DNA of 63,075 nt, filler included, from Chiloscyllium plagiosum (taxonomy: Eukaryota): the NCBI RefSeq assembly GCF_004010195.1. It is 4 parts of one record of this genome, joined end to end, with 100 filler letters (N's around TTAATTAATTAA, not from the genome) between each part and the next. Parts side by side here need not be neighbours in the genome. Positions count along the whole stretch, not along the records: positions 1 to 29,186 come from NC_057715.1; 3 more parts are not named here. The stretch is one strand, 5' to 3'. The position numbers and the translations under genes were made by a program. Shown here one piece after another: positions 11,211-25,413 of the stretch (its first letter is position 1; each line of letters opens with the position of its first letter). The notes beneath the pieces are model-generated. The model saw only the letters and a program-made list of their open reading frames with translations, did no database searches and was not told the origin of the DNA.

Positions 11211-14200
11211 CATAATTCATTGGGGACTCCATATTTAGTGGGACAGATAGGAGGTTCTGTGGGATTGAGAGAGACTCGTGGTTGGTGTGTTGCCTCCCAG
11301 GTGCCAGGGTTCGTGATGTCTTTGATCGTGTTTTCGGGATCCTTGAGGGGTAGGGGGAGCATCCCCAAGTCATGGTCCACATAGGCACCAATAACATAGG
11401 AAGGAAGAGAGATGGGGATAGAAGGCAGAAATTCAGGGAGCTAGAGTGGAAATTTAGAGCTAGAACAAACAGAGTTGTTATCTCTGGTTTGTTGCCTGTG
11501 TCACATGCTAGAGACGTGAGAAATACTGAGTGAGAGGAGTTGAACACGTGGCTACAGGGATGATGCAGGGAGGGTGGGTTTTGGATTCCTGGAAGATTGG
11601 GGCTTTTTCTTGGATAGGTAGGACCATTACAAACAGGACGGTCTTCACCTGAACCAGAGGGCTACCAATATCCTGGTGGGGTAGAATTTGCTAATGCTCT
11701 TTGGGTGGGTTTAAACAGATTCAACAAGGGAATGGGAACCAAAATTGTAGTTCAAGCATACAGGACGTTGAGAGCAGTGAAGTCAGAACTAAGCAAGAAC
11801 GGCAAGCAAGAAGTTGGTTGAAGTGTGTCTACTTCAATGCCAGGAGCATCCGGGTGAACTTGCAGCTTGGGTTGGTACCTGGGGTTTCAATATTGTGTAT
11901 CATTTCAGACACGAGTAAAGCAGGAATAGGAATGGTTATTGCAGGTACTGGGAGTTAGATGTTTCGGTAAGAACAGGGAAAATGGTAAAAGAAAAAAGGG
12001 GGTGCTGTGGCACTGTTAGTCAAGGACAGTATTAATGTTGCAGAGAGGACGTCTGAGGGCTCGTTTACCGAGGTAGTGTGGGCTGAGATTACAAAGAGGA
12101 AAGGAGGGGTTACCCTGTTGGGAGTTTCCTACAGGCCTCCAAATAGCTTCAACATGTAGAGGATAGGATAGCAAAGATTATCTTTGATAGGAGCGAGAGT
12201 GACAGGGTAGTTCGTTATGGGGTCTTTAACTTTTCAAATATTGACTGGGAATACTATAGTTCAAGTACTTTAGATGGGTCAGTTTTTGTCCAATGTGTTC
12301 AGGAGTGTTTCCTGACACTATGTAGTTAGGCCAACAACCGGCGAGGCCACATTGGATTTGGTACTGGGTAATGAACCCGGCCAGGTGTTATATTTGGAGG
12401 TAGGTCAGCACTTTGGTGATAGTGACCACAATTTGGTTATGTTTAATTTATTAATGGAAAGGGATTGGTATATACTGCAGGGCAAGAGCTATAACTGGGG
12501 AAAAGGCAATTACGATGTGATTAGGCAAGGTTTAGGATGCATAGGATAGGGAAGGAAACTACAGGGAATGGGCACAATTGAAATGTGGAGCTTATTCAAG
12601 GAACACTACTGTGAGTCCTTGATAAGTATGTATCTGTCAGACAGGGAGAAAGTTGTCAAGTGTGGGAGTCATGGTTTAAGAAGGAATCTTTCTCTTGTCA
12701 AGGGGAAGGCAGCTTACATTAGGCTCAGTTAGGGTGCTTGAGAGTTACAAGTTAGCCAGGTAAGTCCTAAAGAGAGTGCTAAGAAGAGCCGGGAGGACAT
12801 GAGAAGTCATTGGTGGATAAGATCAAGGAAAACTCTAAGGTTTTCTCTAGATATATCAGGAATAAAAGAATGACTAGAGTAAGATTGGGGCCAATCAAGC
12901 ATAGCAGTGGGAAGTTGTGCATGGAGTCAGGAGATAGGGGGAAGTGATAAATGAATACTTTTCATCAATATTTACACTGGAAAAAGACAATGTGGTTGAG
13001 GAGAATAAGGAGATACAGGCTACTAGACTAGATGGGATTGAGGTGCATAAGGTGGTGTTAACAATTCTGAAAAGTATAAAAATAGATATGTCTCCTTGGC
13101 TGAATCGTATTTATCCTAGGATCTCTGGGATGCTAGAGAGATTGCGAAGCCTTTGACTTTGATCTTTATGTCATCATTATCTACAGAAATAGTGCCAGAA
13201 GACTGGAGGATAGCAAATGGTGTTCCCTTGTTCAAGAAGGGGAATAGAGACAACCCTGGCAATTATAGACATGTGAGCCTTACTTCAGTTTTGGGTAAAG
13301 TGTTGGAAAGGGTTATAAGAGATTGGATTTACAACCATTGAGAAAGGAATAAGTTGATTAGGGATAGTCAACACAGTTTTGGGAAGGGTAGGTCATGCCT
13401 CACGAACCTTATTGAGTTCTTTGAGAAGGTGACAAACAGGTAGATGAAGGTAAAGCTGTTGATGTAGTGTAGATGGATTTCAGTAAGACATTTGATAAGG
13501 TTCCCCACAGTAAGCTATTGCACAAAATAGAGAGGCATGGGATTGAGGGGGATTTAGCGGTTTGGATCAAAAATTGGCTAGCTGAAGACGACAGAGTGAT
13601 GGTTGATGGGAAATGTTCATCCTGGCATTCAGTTACTAGTGGGGTACTGCAAGGATCTGTTGGGTCCACTGTTGTTTGTCATTTTTATAAATGACTTGGA
13701 TGAGGGCATAGAAGGATGGGTTAGTAAATTTGCAGATGACACTGAGGTCAGTAGAGTTGTGGATAACAATGAAGGATGTTGTAGGTTACACAGAAACACA
13801 CGTAAGCTGCAGAGCTGGGCTGAGTGGTGGCAAATGAAGTTTAATGTGGAAAAGTGTGAGGTGATTCACTTTAGATGTGGTAACAGGAATGCAGAGTAAT
13901 GGACTAATGGTAGAATTCTTGGTAGTGTAGATGAGCAGAAAGATCTCGGTGGTAAAAACAATGACTGCAGATGCTGGAAACCAGATTCTGGATTAGTGGT
14001 ACATAGATCCTTGAAAGTTGCCACCCAGATTGATAGGGTTGTTAAGAAAGTACACAGTGCATTAGCTTTTATTGATAGAGGAATTGAGTTTGAGTTTCAG
14101 AACCATAAGATCATGCTACAGCTGTACAAAACTCCGGTGCGCCCACATTTGGAGTATTGCATAATGGTCACTCCATTATAGGAAGGATGTGGAAGCTTTG

Positions 14201-14220
14201 GAAAGGGTTCAGAGGAGATT

Positions 14221-14552
14221 GATTAGGATTAGATTAAATTAGATTAGATTACTTTACAGTGTGGAAACAGGCCTTTCGTCCCAACAAGTCCACACCGACC
14301 CGCCGAAGCGCAAACCACCCATACCCCTACATTTACCCCTTACCTAACACTACGGATAATTTTAGCATGGCCAATTCACCTGACCTGCACATCTTTGGAC
14401 TGTGGGAGGAAACCGGAGCACCCGGAGGAAACCCACGCAGACACGGGGAGAATATGCAGACTCCACACAGTCAGTCGCCTGAGGCGGGAATTGAACCCGG
14501 GTCTCTGGCACTGTGAAGCAGCAGTGCTAACCACTGTGCCACCGTGCCGCCC
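14221..14552 (-). mobile_element. tRNA-derived shark SINE (HE1-like)
   Basis: Minus strand starts gggcggcacggtggcacagtggttagc (A box) ... gggttcaattcc (B box) and has a (taatc)n tail. Inserted in CR1. Confidence 0.9.
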
Positions 14553-17500
14553 ACGATGTTGCCTGGTATGGAGGAAAGATCTTATGAGGAAAGGCTGAGG
14601 GACTTGAGGCTGTTTTTGTTAGAGAGAAGGAGGTTGAGAAGACTTGAGACATAAAAGATAATCAGAGGGTTAGATAGGTTGGACAAGGAGAGCCTTTTTC
14701 CTTGGATGGTGATGGCTAGCATGAGGGGACATTGTTTTCAATTGAGGGGATAGATATAGGACAGATGTCAGAGGTAGTTTTTTTTATTCAGAGTAATAGG
14801 GGTATGGAATGCATCATCTGCAACAGCAGAAGACTCACCAACTTTAAAAGGCATTTAAATGGTCATTGAATAGTCATATAGACGAGAGTGGAATAGTGTA
14901 GGATAGATGGGCTTCAGATTGGTTCCACAAGTTGATGCAATATTGAGGGCCAAAGGGCCTGTACTGCGCTGTAATATTGTTTGTTCTATCTGATCTCATG
15001 AATGTCCTAACTAAACATTGTGTTCAAGTTTCCTGGCAGTAAATAACACCATTCTACTAGTTTTCGACATTGTCTGTTTTACTTGCAGAGTAGTCATTTG
15101 CGATTCATGCACGAGGACAATGTAAGTTATGGCTGTCTGCAGTTTCATTTTTCTATAAATAAATGGTGTAGATTAAAACATTAAATGTAGAAGTAGGAAA
15201 ATAAATATTAAAAACTTAGTAAATTCTAAAATCAAGAGTTCTCCAAAAATGCTCCAGTTGGTGGTGATCAAGTCTTCCAGTTGGAATTCAACTCAAACTT
15301 TGAGATGAGTTTCAGAAAATAATTGATGATAAAGGTTGTCGGTCCTGGGGAAGTTCTCTCTGATTGTCCACGTTCAAAACAAAATGTTTTGTTGGAAATT
15401 GAGGTCCCCTTTAAAACCGAGTTATTTTAGAATTCCTTTTTTTAAAAGGCCCGCATAGCATATTTTATGTTACAGTAATAACTAATCTTCTACAAACAAA
15501 AACACATCTCTTGCATATAAAAACCAAAGCAAAAATAAGATTCAGCAAGGTCATGATGTTCCAATGAACAGATATCAAAGATTTAGCAGGTCCATATTAT
15601 ATTATCAATGCATTGTTTAGGAAAATGTGATGTTTTGTTCTTAGAAGGAATGACAACTAACCTTCAACCCTGATTTCATCAGTAACTGACCGGCAATCAT
15701 TGACCAAAGGGATTCAGACAATTGATTAATATAGCATAAGCTATAGCTCCTCAGAATATGGTAGAGTCAACAAGTGCTCAGGGACAGAGGGCAGTCTTTA
15801 TCATACTATCCTTGTCGGTGGTTGTCCTCATTAGGAAGCAGTTTTTTGCAGATGGAAGTTGATGATGATAATTTATTGTCACAAATCTAGGGAGATTGTG
15901 CAAAGTTAGACCAGAAGAGGAGAAAGAAAACCTAATGAAGAGTTCCCTTCCACACTTGCTAGAGTATAGCATGCTGTCTTCACAATTTTAACAATTGTCA
16001 CAGTCCTTGCTAATGGTCTGTTGTCTTCAGGTCTCTGAACCATCCCCACTTGCATGGCTCTGTATCTGCTTTGTCTAAATTGCTGCTTTTTACATTCAAG
16101 CAAAATATCTGAAAATTGCTCAAAAGTTGTTGACTACCTAGATCAACAGCTCTGGGAGATGACATTTTACATCTGTCCCTTAAAGTGTTGTAGACTCAAT
16201 GACTTAGGTCAACCAGATCTCAAAGTCTGGCTGTATGCATCTTGTTTTGTTCAGTTATTCAAGGCGCTGATTACTCTCTGGGACATAATCACATGAGAAC
16301 AGAAGTTTATCACAAAAGAAAAGCAATTTTAAAATATATAAACACACATATATCAACTCATACAACAAACAAATTTTCTAACTATTTCCTGACATTAATC
16401 TATTGCTAAGACTCAAGTACAGAAAAATTGCAACTCCTATCTGAACTGTATAGGGTTCTACTCAGTTCAATTCTGATGGTATACAGCAAGTAAACTATGA
16501 GAAAAATTTGGTCAAACCTTTTCAAATCTGCCAAAGTTGAACTTTTTCACAAATTTGAGAATCAAGATTTTCTCAATTCTAATAAACGACACATTTCTAA
16601 CTAAACTCTCCTGGTTTGAAATACTTACAGACTAAATCCTTCTGCTGAGGTAAAAGGGTCCTTGAACTGTCTTGAATCTTTCTTTTCACAGAGAAACTAT
16701 TTTTGTGTTTAAAAAGAAAGCAAACTCAACACTGGTCATCTGAACTGAATTAAATTTTGTTTAATCCTGGACTCAATATAAGGCTAATAGCCTTACATGT
16801 TTACTCAAATTGTCATATACCCAAGAATATAAATGTATTTCCATTAACACTATAAAGATCCAGAACAATTTGCTATCTCTCAATGTTCGATTTTATCAGA
16901 AGTACCACAGCACTCTGACTTGGTTTTTCTAAAAATAAACTTTCACAGACATAACCAATATTCATCAGCCTCTAATTTTGAAATCCAAATTTCAAAAACG
17001 ATAACCAAAATTTATAAATTATACACCTTCCATCTCGCAGTTAAAACTGGGGATGATCAGATTGCCCAAACGGAAAACTGGAAATGCTTTAAGATTTGAA
17101 GAGATTACAGGGAGTGTGAGATGAGGCCAGGGAGAAAACTGAAAACAATGATAAGCATCCAAAAATTGAGGCGTAGCTGAATCAGGAGCAACATTAGGCA
17201 GTGAGCACAGAACGAGGGATCTAAACAACTTTTCAGTTAGAATAGATGCGGTATGATTTTGGGTAACCTAAATTATTGCCAGGGTGGCTGATGAAAGGCT
17301 GAGAAGAAATACTTGACAATAGGGAGGTCTAGAAGTAGCAAATAAACGGATGATGTGAGATTTAGATTCTACAAAGTAGAAGAAAATGGCTATAGGTTTT
17401 AGTTTTGTGAAAGTAATTGCTGTTTAAATTTAAAAGGTCAGAAACTAATTTCAAATTGTGAGTTCAGATTAGCATTTCCAATATTTTGCAAGTAAATGAC

Positions 17501-18062
17501 TAGATAAGCCACCTGATGAGATAATTGTTAACAAACATTTCAACTCAAGCTACAGGAAGAGATGCCAATGGCCGGAAATAGCTTCACTCTAGAAGAATAA
17601 TCAATATTATCAGAAGGATGATTTAATTTTAACAGATTCTAGATCATAATAGCTTGAAATAAGACTTAACTTGTTTTAGCAGTCAAAGTACATAGAGTTG
17701 GAAAAAGCTCTGCACTAATCTTAAGGTTCTGAGAAAAGGTCAGTGAGTTAGTGTCTCCTGTTTGGGAAAGAGGAAAATCATGTCTGGTCAACATACAGAC
17801 AGAAAACTTTTACATTATCTTTAGTTAAGAAAGAAAATTTAAAACTGAAGATGGGAGAGATATGTTAATAAGTTAAGTAACTGGAAAGGACGTAGCCTGG
17901 AAAAGACAGTTTGATTTTTTCTTTTGACTATTTATGATAGAGAGGACAATTTTGAAAGATCCTAACACACTTTTATTTACTTTAGCAAAATAACAAGTTT
18001 ATTATGCAAAAAAAAGTAAATCAGCAATCTTGAGAGTATATTCAGTAACTGAATGCAAATGC

Positions 18063-18358
18063 AGAAGTCACACAACGCCAGGTTATAGTCCAACAGGTTT
18101 TTTGAAATCACAAGTTCTCAGAATGCTACTTCTTCATCAGGTGAAGTCAACTTTTTAAATTGCTGAATGAATGTTCACTATTTCTAGTACATCAAGTTCA
18201 GGTTTCCCTCCTTTTAGTTCTAAAAAATTAAAGCACTTCATTTGATGAAGCAGTACTCAAAGCTTATGATTTTAAATAAAACCTTTTGGACTGTAACCTG
18301 GTGTCATGTGACTTCTAGCTTTGTCCACCCCAATCCAACACTGGCTCCTCCTTATCAT
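18063..18358. mobile_element. Decayed inverted pair of PLE family-B termini
   Basis: agaagtcacacaacgccaggttatagtccaacagg... versus ...ggactgtaacctggtgtcatgtgacttct, with degenerate hammerhead cores. Confidence 0.6.
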
Positions 18359-19099
18359 GAACACAAGTGGTAAACAAATTGCAAGGTGAAAAACAAAATA
18401 TGGTCTATCAAGCCAGAACTGACTTTGGATTTGACATATCACTATTACCATTGGTTCAGATCATAAAACGAAACTATTGGTGGAAATAATAATCCACAGA
18501 ATTTAAGAAATATTTGAGACTCTTTCAACAAAGAATTGGTCTAGGTACCAAACAGAAAGGAAAAAATAATCAGTGTTGTGATGTATAATACACAGATTGA
18601 AAATAAAAATGGCTTTGATAGTTGGAGAGTTTTTTTTAAGGATTATTTGATTCTTTGATGAAAACTAGGAGTTAGCCAATACATTGAATTTTTTTTTAAA
18701 AAGTATGGTTTTTTTAAGGGTGAAATGCTAAAACTCAATATTTTGAATTAAAAAGGAGGGAAACCTGAATTTGTTGTTAACACTAGAATTAATGCACATT
18801 AATTTAGAAATTAATAAAAAGTTGACTTGGGGGTGAAAGAAAAATTAGAAGACATGCTTTGGAGGAAAAAGGGAAGTGAGAAATTAGCAAGAAACTGAGA
18901 GAAATAGAAAAAGAAAGACAAAGAACCGGAAATAAGAAAATTTGAAAAACAGACAAGTGAACAGCTTGAAGTGTGGCCTTGCTGTAAGTCTGCAGTAATG
19001 AGTAGAGTGGGTTCTTTGTTGATTATGTTTTATTGAGATATGTCTCGATTAAACTTAAAAATATAAACCACAAATATTGTTAGCTTGGAGCAGTGTTTT

Positions 19100-21992
19100 A
19101 GAGAGGAATAAGGCATGCTATTTTCTGGGTCTGCAGACTGGAAGAAGCAAAAATAGCCCTTAGTGGAGTCAGATGTTCTTGTCGGAGGAGAGAGTTTAGG
19201 GAGAATTTACGTTACTGAGGATTACATCTGCAATAAGTGCCGTTGGTTGCGAATCCTATCAGATCAAATGGATCATTGGAGCAACACGTGGAGGCAACGA
19301 GGAATTTAAAAAAGCAAGGGGATGTGATGGGTGGCAGTTATAGGAAGGGAGAAAGTTGCAGATACAGTCACATGGATGGGTTAACTCTAGGGAAGGTAAG
19401 AGAGATAGGTAGGTTTTGCAGGAGTCTTCTGTGTCTATCCCCATTTCAAATAAGTATGCTGTTTTGGAAAATGTCAGGGGTGATGGATTCTCAGGGGAAT
19501 GTAGCATGGACAGCCATGTTTCTGACATTGAGACTGGTTCTAATGCAATGAGAGGTACATCAGATTTCAAGAGATCGATTGGGTAAGGGGATTCTCTAGT
19601 CCAAGGCACAGACAGACGTTTCTGTGGCCAGCAGCGCAAAATCAGAATGGTGTGTTGCCTCCCTGGTGCCAGGATCAAGGATGTTTCAGAGAGGGTACAG
19701 AATGTTCTCAAGCAGGAGAGGGGCCAGCAGGAGGTTATTGTACACATTGGAACCAATGACATAAGAAGGGAAAAGGTTGAGATTCTGAAGGAAGAATACA
19801 GAGAGTTAGGCAGGAAATTTAAAAAGGAGGTCTTCAAGAGTAGCAAAATCTGGATTACTCCCAGTGCTGCGAGCTAGTGAGGGTAGGAATAGGAGGATAG
19901 AGCAGATGAATGCATGGCTGAGGAGCTGGTGTATGGGAGAAGGATTCACATTTTGGAATCATTGGAACCTCTTTTGGGGTAGGAGTGACCTTACAAGAAG
20001 GAAAGCACCTGAACTGAAAGGGGACTAAATATACTGGCAGGGAGATTTGCTGAAGCTGCTTAGGAAGATTTAAACTAGTAAGGTTTTGTTGTTGGGGGTG
20101 AGGGGGAGAAACCCAGGAAGAGAGTTAGGTAAGAGATTAATCGAAGGCTGGTACAGTTGAAAAAAGCAGCAAGTCAAAACAGTCAGAGCAGGCACGGACA
20201 AAGCAGAGAGCAAGGTGAATAATTAAACTGCATTTATTTCAATGAAAGAAGCCCAACAAGGAAGGCAGATGATCTCAGGGCATGCTTACGAACATGGGAC
20301 TGGGATATCATAGCAATTACAGAAACATGGCTCAGGGATGGACAAGTCTGGCAGCTTAATGTTCCAGGATACAAATGCTAAACAGGAAGGACAGAAAGGG
20401 ATGCAGGAAAGGAGGAAGAGTGGCATTTTTGATAAGGGATAGCATTACAGCCGTACTGACAGAGCATATATTCCCAGAAATATATCCAGGCAAGTTATTT
20501 GGGTGGAACAAAGAAATAAGAAAGGGATGATCACCTTATTGGGATTGTATTATAGACCCCCTAATAGTCAAATTTGTAAGGAGATCTCCATTATCTGTAA
20601 GAATAATAGGGTGGTTATGGTAGGGGATTTTAACTTTCCAAACAAAGACCAGGACTGCCATAATGTTAAGGGTTTAGACGGAGAGGAGTTTGTTAAGTGT
20701 GCACAAGAATATTTTCTGATTCAGTATGTGGATGTACCTACTAGAGAAGGTGCAAAACTTGACCTACTCTTGGGAAATAAGGCAGGGCAGGTGACTGGGA
20801 GAGCACTTTGGGGCCAGTGACCATAATTCTATTAGTTTTAAAATAGTGATGGAAAAGAATAGACCAAATCTAACAGTTGCAATTCTAAATTGGAGAAAGG
20901 CTAAATTTTGATGGTATTAGGCAAGAACTTTCAAAAACTGATTGGGGACAGATTTTTGCAGGTAAAGGGGCAGCTGGAAATTGGGAAGCCTTCAAAAGTG
21001 AGATAACAAGAGTCCAGAGAAAGTATATTCCTGTCAGGGTGAAAGGAAAGGCTGGTAGGTGAAGGGAATGATGGACGACTAAAGACATTGAGGGTTTGGT
21101 TAAGAAAAAGAAGGAAGTATATGTCAGGTATAGACAGAATAGATGGAGTGAATCCTTAGAAAAGTATAAAGACAGCAGCAGTACACTTAAGAGGGAAATC
21201 AGGAGGGCAAAAATGGGACATGATATAGCTTTGGCAAATAGAGTTAAGGAGATTCCAAAGGGATTTTACAAATACATTAAGGACTAAAGTGTAACTAGGG
21301 AGATAATAGGGTCCCTTAAAGATCAGCAAGGCAGCCTTTGTTTTGATCCAAAGATGATGGGGGAAGATACTAAACGAGTATTTTGCATCAGTATTTACTG
21401 TGGAAAACAACCTGGCAGATATAGAATGTAGGGAAATAGATGGTGATGTCTTGGAGAATGCCCATATTACAGAGGAAGTAGTGCTAGATGTCTTGAAATG
21501 CATAAAAGTGGATAAATCCCCAGAACCTGATCTGGTATACCTAGAACTCTGTGGGAGGCTAGGGAAGTGATTGCTCGACCACTTGCTGAGATATTTGTAT
21601 CATCAATAGTCACAGGTGAGGTGCCAGAAGACTGGAGGTTGGCTAACCTGGTGCCACTCTTTAAAGAAAGGTGGTAAGGACAAGCCAGGGAACCATAGAC
21701 AGTGAGCCTGACGTTGGTGGTGGGGAAGTTGTTGGAGGGAATCCTGAGGGACAGGATATACATGTATTTGGAAAGGCAAGGACTGATAAGGGATAGTCAA
21801 CATGGCTTTGTGCATGGGAAATCACGTCTCACAAACTTGATTGAGTTTTTTGAAGAAGGAACAAAGAAGATTGATGAGGGCAGAGCAGTAGACGTGATTT
21901 TTGTGGACTTCAGTAAGGCGTTCGACAAAGTTCCCCATGGGAGATAGGTTAGCAAGGTTAAATCTCATGGAATACAGGGAGAACTAGCCATT
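19100..21992 (+). mobile_element. Decayed CR1 LINE (ORF1 + ORF2 up to RT)
   Basis: VCCLPGARIKDV..VHIGTND, YYRPPNS..GDFNFP, SQHGFVHGKSRLTNL..DFSKAFDKVPH. Confidence 0.92.
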
Positions 21993-22873
21993 TTGAAATG
22001 TAGACTTTGAACTTTCACATAGAAAAGATCCAGATGCTTGTGTAAAGAACCATGAATCTACCTATAGTAATATATTGTGTAATGTAGTAAAATCATAGCC
22101 ATGTGTAGTATTCTATAGCTAAGTAATATAATAAAGAGTGATCACCTATCAAACATTTAAATTGAGTTTTAAACATACAGCCATTATGGAATTTAACTAT
22201 ATTCCTGAAAAGTTCAGTCTAAAGTGGATTGATGAGAGCCCTCTTAATAGCTGCGTTGACTGGACAAGATGTTGAATAAGATGTACTGTGAAGATCCACG
22301 GATAATTGATGAGGGTTAGGTAATTACCCCAAGTTGGCCTAATCACACAGGTATGTGATTAATTTGATTTGGTGCGTATGTATCAATTAATAATACAATT
22401 GATTTGTAATCACCAAAGTGGATTAGAATCAAATGTTTTTGTTTGTTCAGTGGTGAAGTCGTTCGTCTACCCAGAGGCTTTCTCCCCATTGGTGTAAAGC
22501 AATGAATGCTTTGACATTGGAAGTGGACCTGAGTGTCAAGTGATTCATCACCTCATTGTGCCTCAAGGATGAGGGATAGCATAGCATAAAGGGATCAAAA
22601 TGATAGGAATCAAATAAAAAGGTTTTGTTCTTCCTAATAATTCGGAGGGTGTTTATGCTCCACCAGTTCTATAAGAAGCATGAAAAATCATAAGTAGTAT
22701 TAGGGTTAAGAGAAGTGATAGTGAGGCAGAGTTGATGTCATCTTCTTATGTGAACTGAATGTAGTCTGATCCAGTATGGTGACTGATACACTGTTGTGGA
22801 GGTCTGGCACAAAGTACTACCCATCAATCTCTCATTATTCATTTGATACTCCTTGTAATTGCTTTGTACTATA

Positions 22874-23462
22874 CAGAGGAAACCAGATTATTGGAAGGAG
22901 ATTGAGGTCCCAATAGAAACATTACATCAAAGACACGTTTCCAGCACTGATCGCGTCTTTTGTTTATAGTGATTAAACAGGCACCTTCTCTAAATTACTA
23001 ACCTACTGCCTTCTTTCTCTCCCCACACTTTCCCTGGAGTTCTACAGAGGGGTGTACACTGACACCCCCCTCCCCCTTCCCAGGAATAATCTCTCCAATA
23101 TTGTCCTGTACTGGGCAAACATGGAACCTGTTAAAAAAATTGCAGTAAAAAGTTGTGTGTGTGTGCGCGCGCACGCTATTTGGAGACTTACCCCATAAAG
23201 GCAGCGGCAGCAATAGCAGTCTTGTTGTTGGTGTGCAGGTACACTTTGTGCGGGGGGGGGGGGGTTGGAACAGGTCAGGAGGCAGGGGGACTAGAGGGGG
23301 GGCAGGGTCTCATGCACTGTGTGCTGTTGTGGTCTCCTGAATAGGGAGCAGACTTTAAAATCTGAGTCCCAGAGGAAAAGCATTTAATCGATTAACCGAA
23401 TAATCGGTTATCCGATCGAAATAGTGCCTGTCCATCACATTCAGATAATCGAGTTTCCACTG
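22874..23462. mobile_element. Second copy of the Tigger/pogo-like MITE
   Basis: TA|cagaggaaaccagatta ... taatcgagtttccactg|TA; shares internal blocks with 9623-10401. Confidence 0.8.
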
Positions 23463-23684
23463 TAATTGGTTTCCATATTTTTCAGTTAGTGGAATCAAAG
23501 TATTCACAGAGCAAACCAATTGTTCTACAGTTTACCAAATTGTAAAGTTGCAAGCCTATTAATTTCAAAATAAATCATGCTGTGGTTTCCCAAAATATGA
23601 AGCAGAATGATCATTAATAATTAGACTATACTCAAACAGGCGAGTATAGTCAGAGTACCATGCTGGCTAAATGAAAGACTTGCA

Positions 23685-24408
23685 TTTGCATGCTGGCAAA
23701 ACCAAGGAACTCATTATTGACTTTCCGCAGGATGTTACTCATGCCTCCCTAAACATTAACAGCACAGAGGTGGAACAAGTGGAGAGTGTCAAGCTCCTGG
23801 GAGTGGTCATCCACAACAAGCTTTCTAGGACTCTTCATGTGGATGCACTGGTTACAAAGGCCCAACAATGTCTCTTCTTCCTCAGGCAAGTGAGGAAATT
23901 TGGCATGACGGTGAATACCCTTGCCAACTTTTACTGGTGCAACATAGAGAGCATTTTATCTAGATGTATCATTACCTGGTATGGCAACTGTGCCATTCAA
24001 GATTGGAGACAGAGAGTGGTGAACTCGGCCCAGACAATCACAAAGGCCAACCTCCGATCTATGGAATCCATCTACCAGGCCTGCTGTCAAGGAAAGGCCG
24101 CCAGCATTCTCAAAGATCCATCCCACCCTGGCAATGTTTTTCTACAATCTCTACCATTGGGGAGAAGATACAGAAGCCTGAACACATGCACTAGGCGGTT
24201 TCTAAACAACAGTAGGCTAGAAACTGTTAGGATACTGAATAGACTCAAATTCTTTATATTCTCTTGTACTTGTGTTTTTGTTTTTTGCTGCTCTTTACCT
24301 ATTATTTACTTATCTATGCTACTTAACTCTGTGATCTGCCTGTATTGCTGCAAGACAAAGCTTTTCACCGTACCTCAGTACACGTGACAATAAATTCAAT
24401 TCAATTCT
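23685..24408 (+). mobile_element. Rex1/Babar-type LINE 3' fragment
   Basis: KTKELIIDF..INSTEVEQVESVKLLGV..KAQQCLFFLRQ..IESILS..WYG..ILKDPSHPG..GRRYRS, ending in aataaa(ttcaa)n. Confidence 0.85.
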
Positions 24409-24549
24409 ATATTGTGCCTTTCATGACTTCAGAGCGTACAGCAGCATTTTACATCCAATTAAATAATTTTGAAGTGCACTCATTTATAAATGTGGGAGAA
24501 TATCAGCATTCAAATAATTTAACAAACTTGGAAAGTAAAAAAAATTATA

Positions 24550-24873
24550 CAGGTATACAATCCTTTATCCAAAATCCTTGGGGTCAGTTGATTTTGGATT
24601 TTGGAATCTTTTGCATTTCAAAACAAAACGACATTTTCACAGTGAAATTAAAAAAAACTTAGCAAGTAGCAGACCCATGTGTGACTAGTACAAGTGCTGA
24701 GACACAATTTATGCAGTGCTAAGCCACGCTGCCATGTCACATCTGAGTGGCATGGGTCAAGTGGGTGTGGAGTTGGGTCACTTGTTCACACCTTGTTATG
24801 CAGAAAAACACTTCATGAAAGAAACGTTGGATTTCAGAGCTTTTGAAATTTCAAATAAAGGAGTGCGTACCTG
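24550..24873. mobile_element. Tc1/mariner-type MITE (different family)
   Basis: TA|caggtatacaatcctttat ... ataaaggagtgcgtacctg|TA imperfect TIRs. Confidence 0.7.
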
Positions 24874-25413
24874 TACTACATCTGAAAAGCCTGAAAAAGA
24901 TATGGGAGAAAGGTTTAAGAGTTCCACATTTTTGGAAGGGAGCTAATTTGTTTTCAGTAGTAATATAAATTAGATAAAGTTAAGATTTTATGGAATGCAG
25001 TACAACTTTAAAATAATACTATATTCAAGTGTCTTCAATATATATCAGAGCGAGATTTATCCTTAGATAAGTATTATTCCTCCTATGAAATCTGAATCTT
25101 ATGGTTTTGAGCTCCACTCAAAATACCCCTTGTAAGTTAAGATCAAAGTTCTGGTTCCCAAATACTGGTTGCTATCTGCCAGGCCATGTGGCTTATGTAG
25201 CGGCTAGTCTATTTCCCTGGTAAAGAACTGAGTTGGACTAATAATTTGTCCACATTAAAAATACCTGCTAATAGAAAAAAAATCTAACATTAGACATGGA
25301 AGATAAATAGGATACACACTAATTTTGTCACAATATTTCAAATGTCTGACACAAATCTTCAAAAGCACTTGATTTACTGGGGAAATACAAAAATTAGATT
25401 TCTTGTACAATAC

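Larger units (their letters stand above)
10470..14990 (+). mobile_element. Near full-length decayed CR1 LINE (ORF1 SGNH esterase-like, ORF2 APE endonuclease + RT) with nested PLE fragments and a SINE
   Basis: Motifs IGDS, VCCLPGARV, VHIGTN, CVYFNARSI, DLVLGNEPGQV, PEDWRIANGVPLFKKG, DFSKTFDKVPH, SKFADDT and RPHLEYC, with many stops and frameshifts. Confidence 0.92.

Noticed and set aside
19259..19846. Long minus-strand ORFs (also 10972-11547)
   Set aside because: Antisense frames of CR1 ORF1.
23671..24387. 238-aa ORF as a host gene
   Set aside because: Rex1-type LINE C-terminus.
25255..25413. C-terminal ~52 aa of the 344-aa ORF
   Set aside because: Read-through past the GT donor into tyr intron 1.
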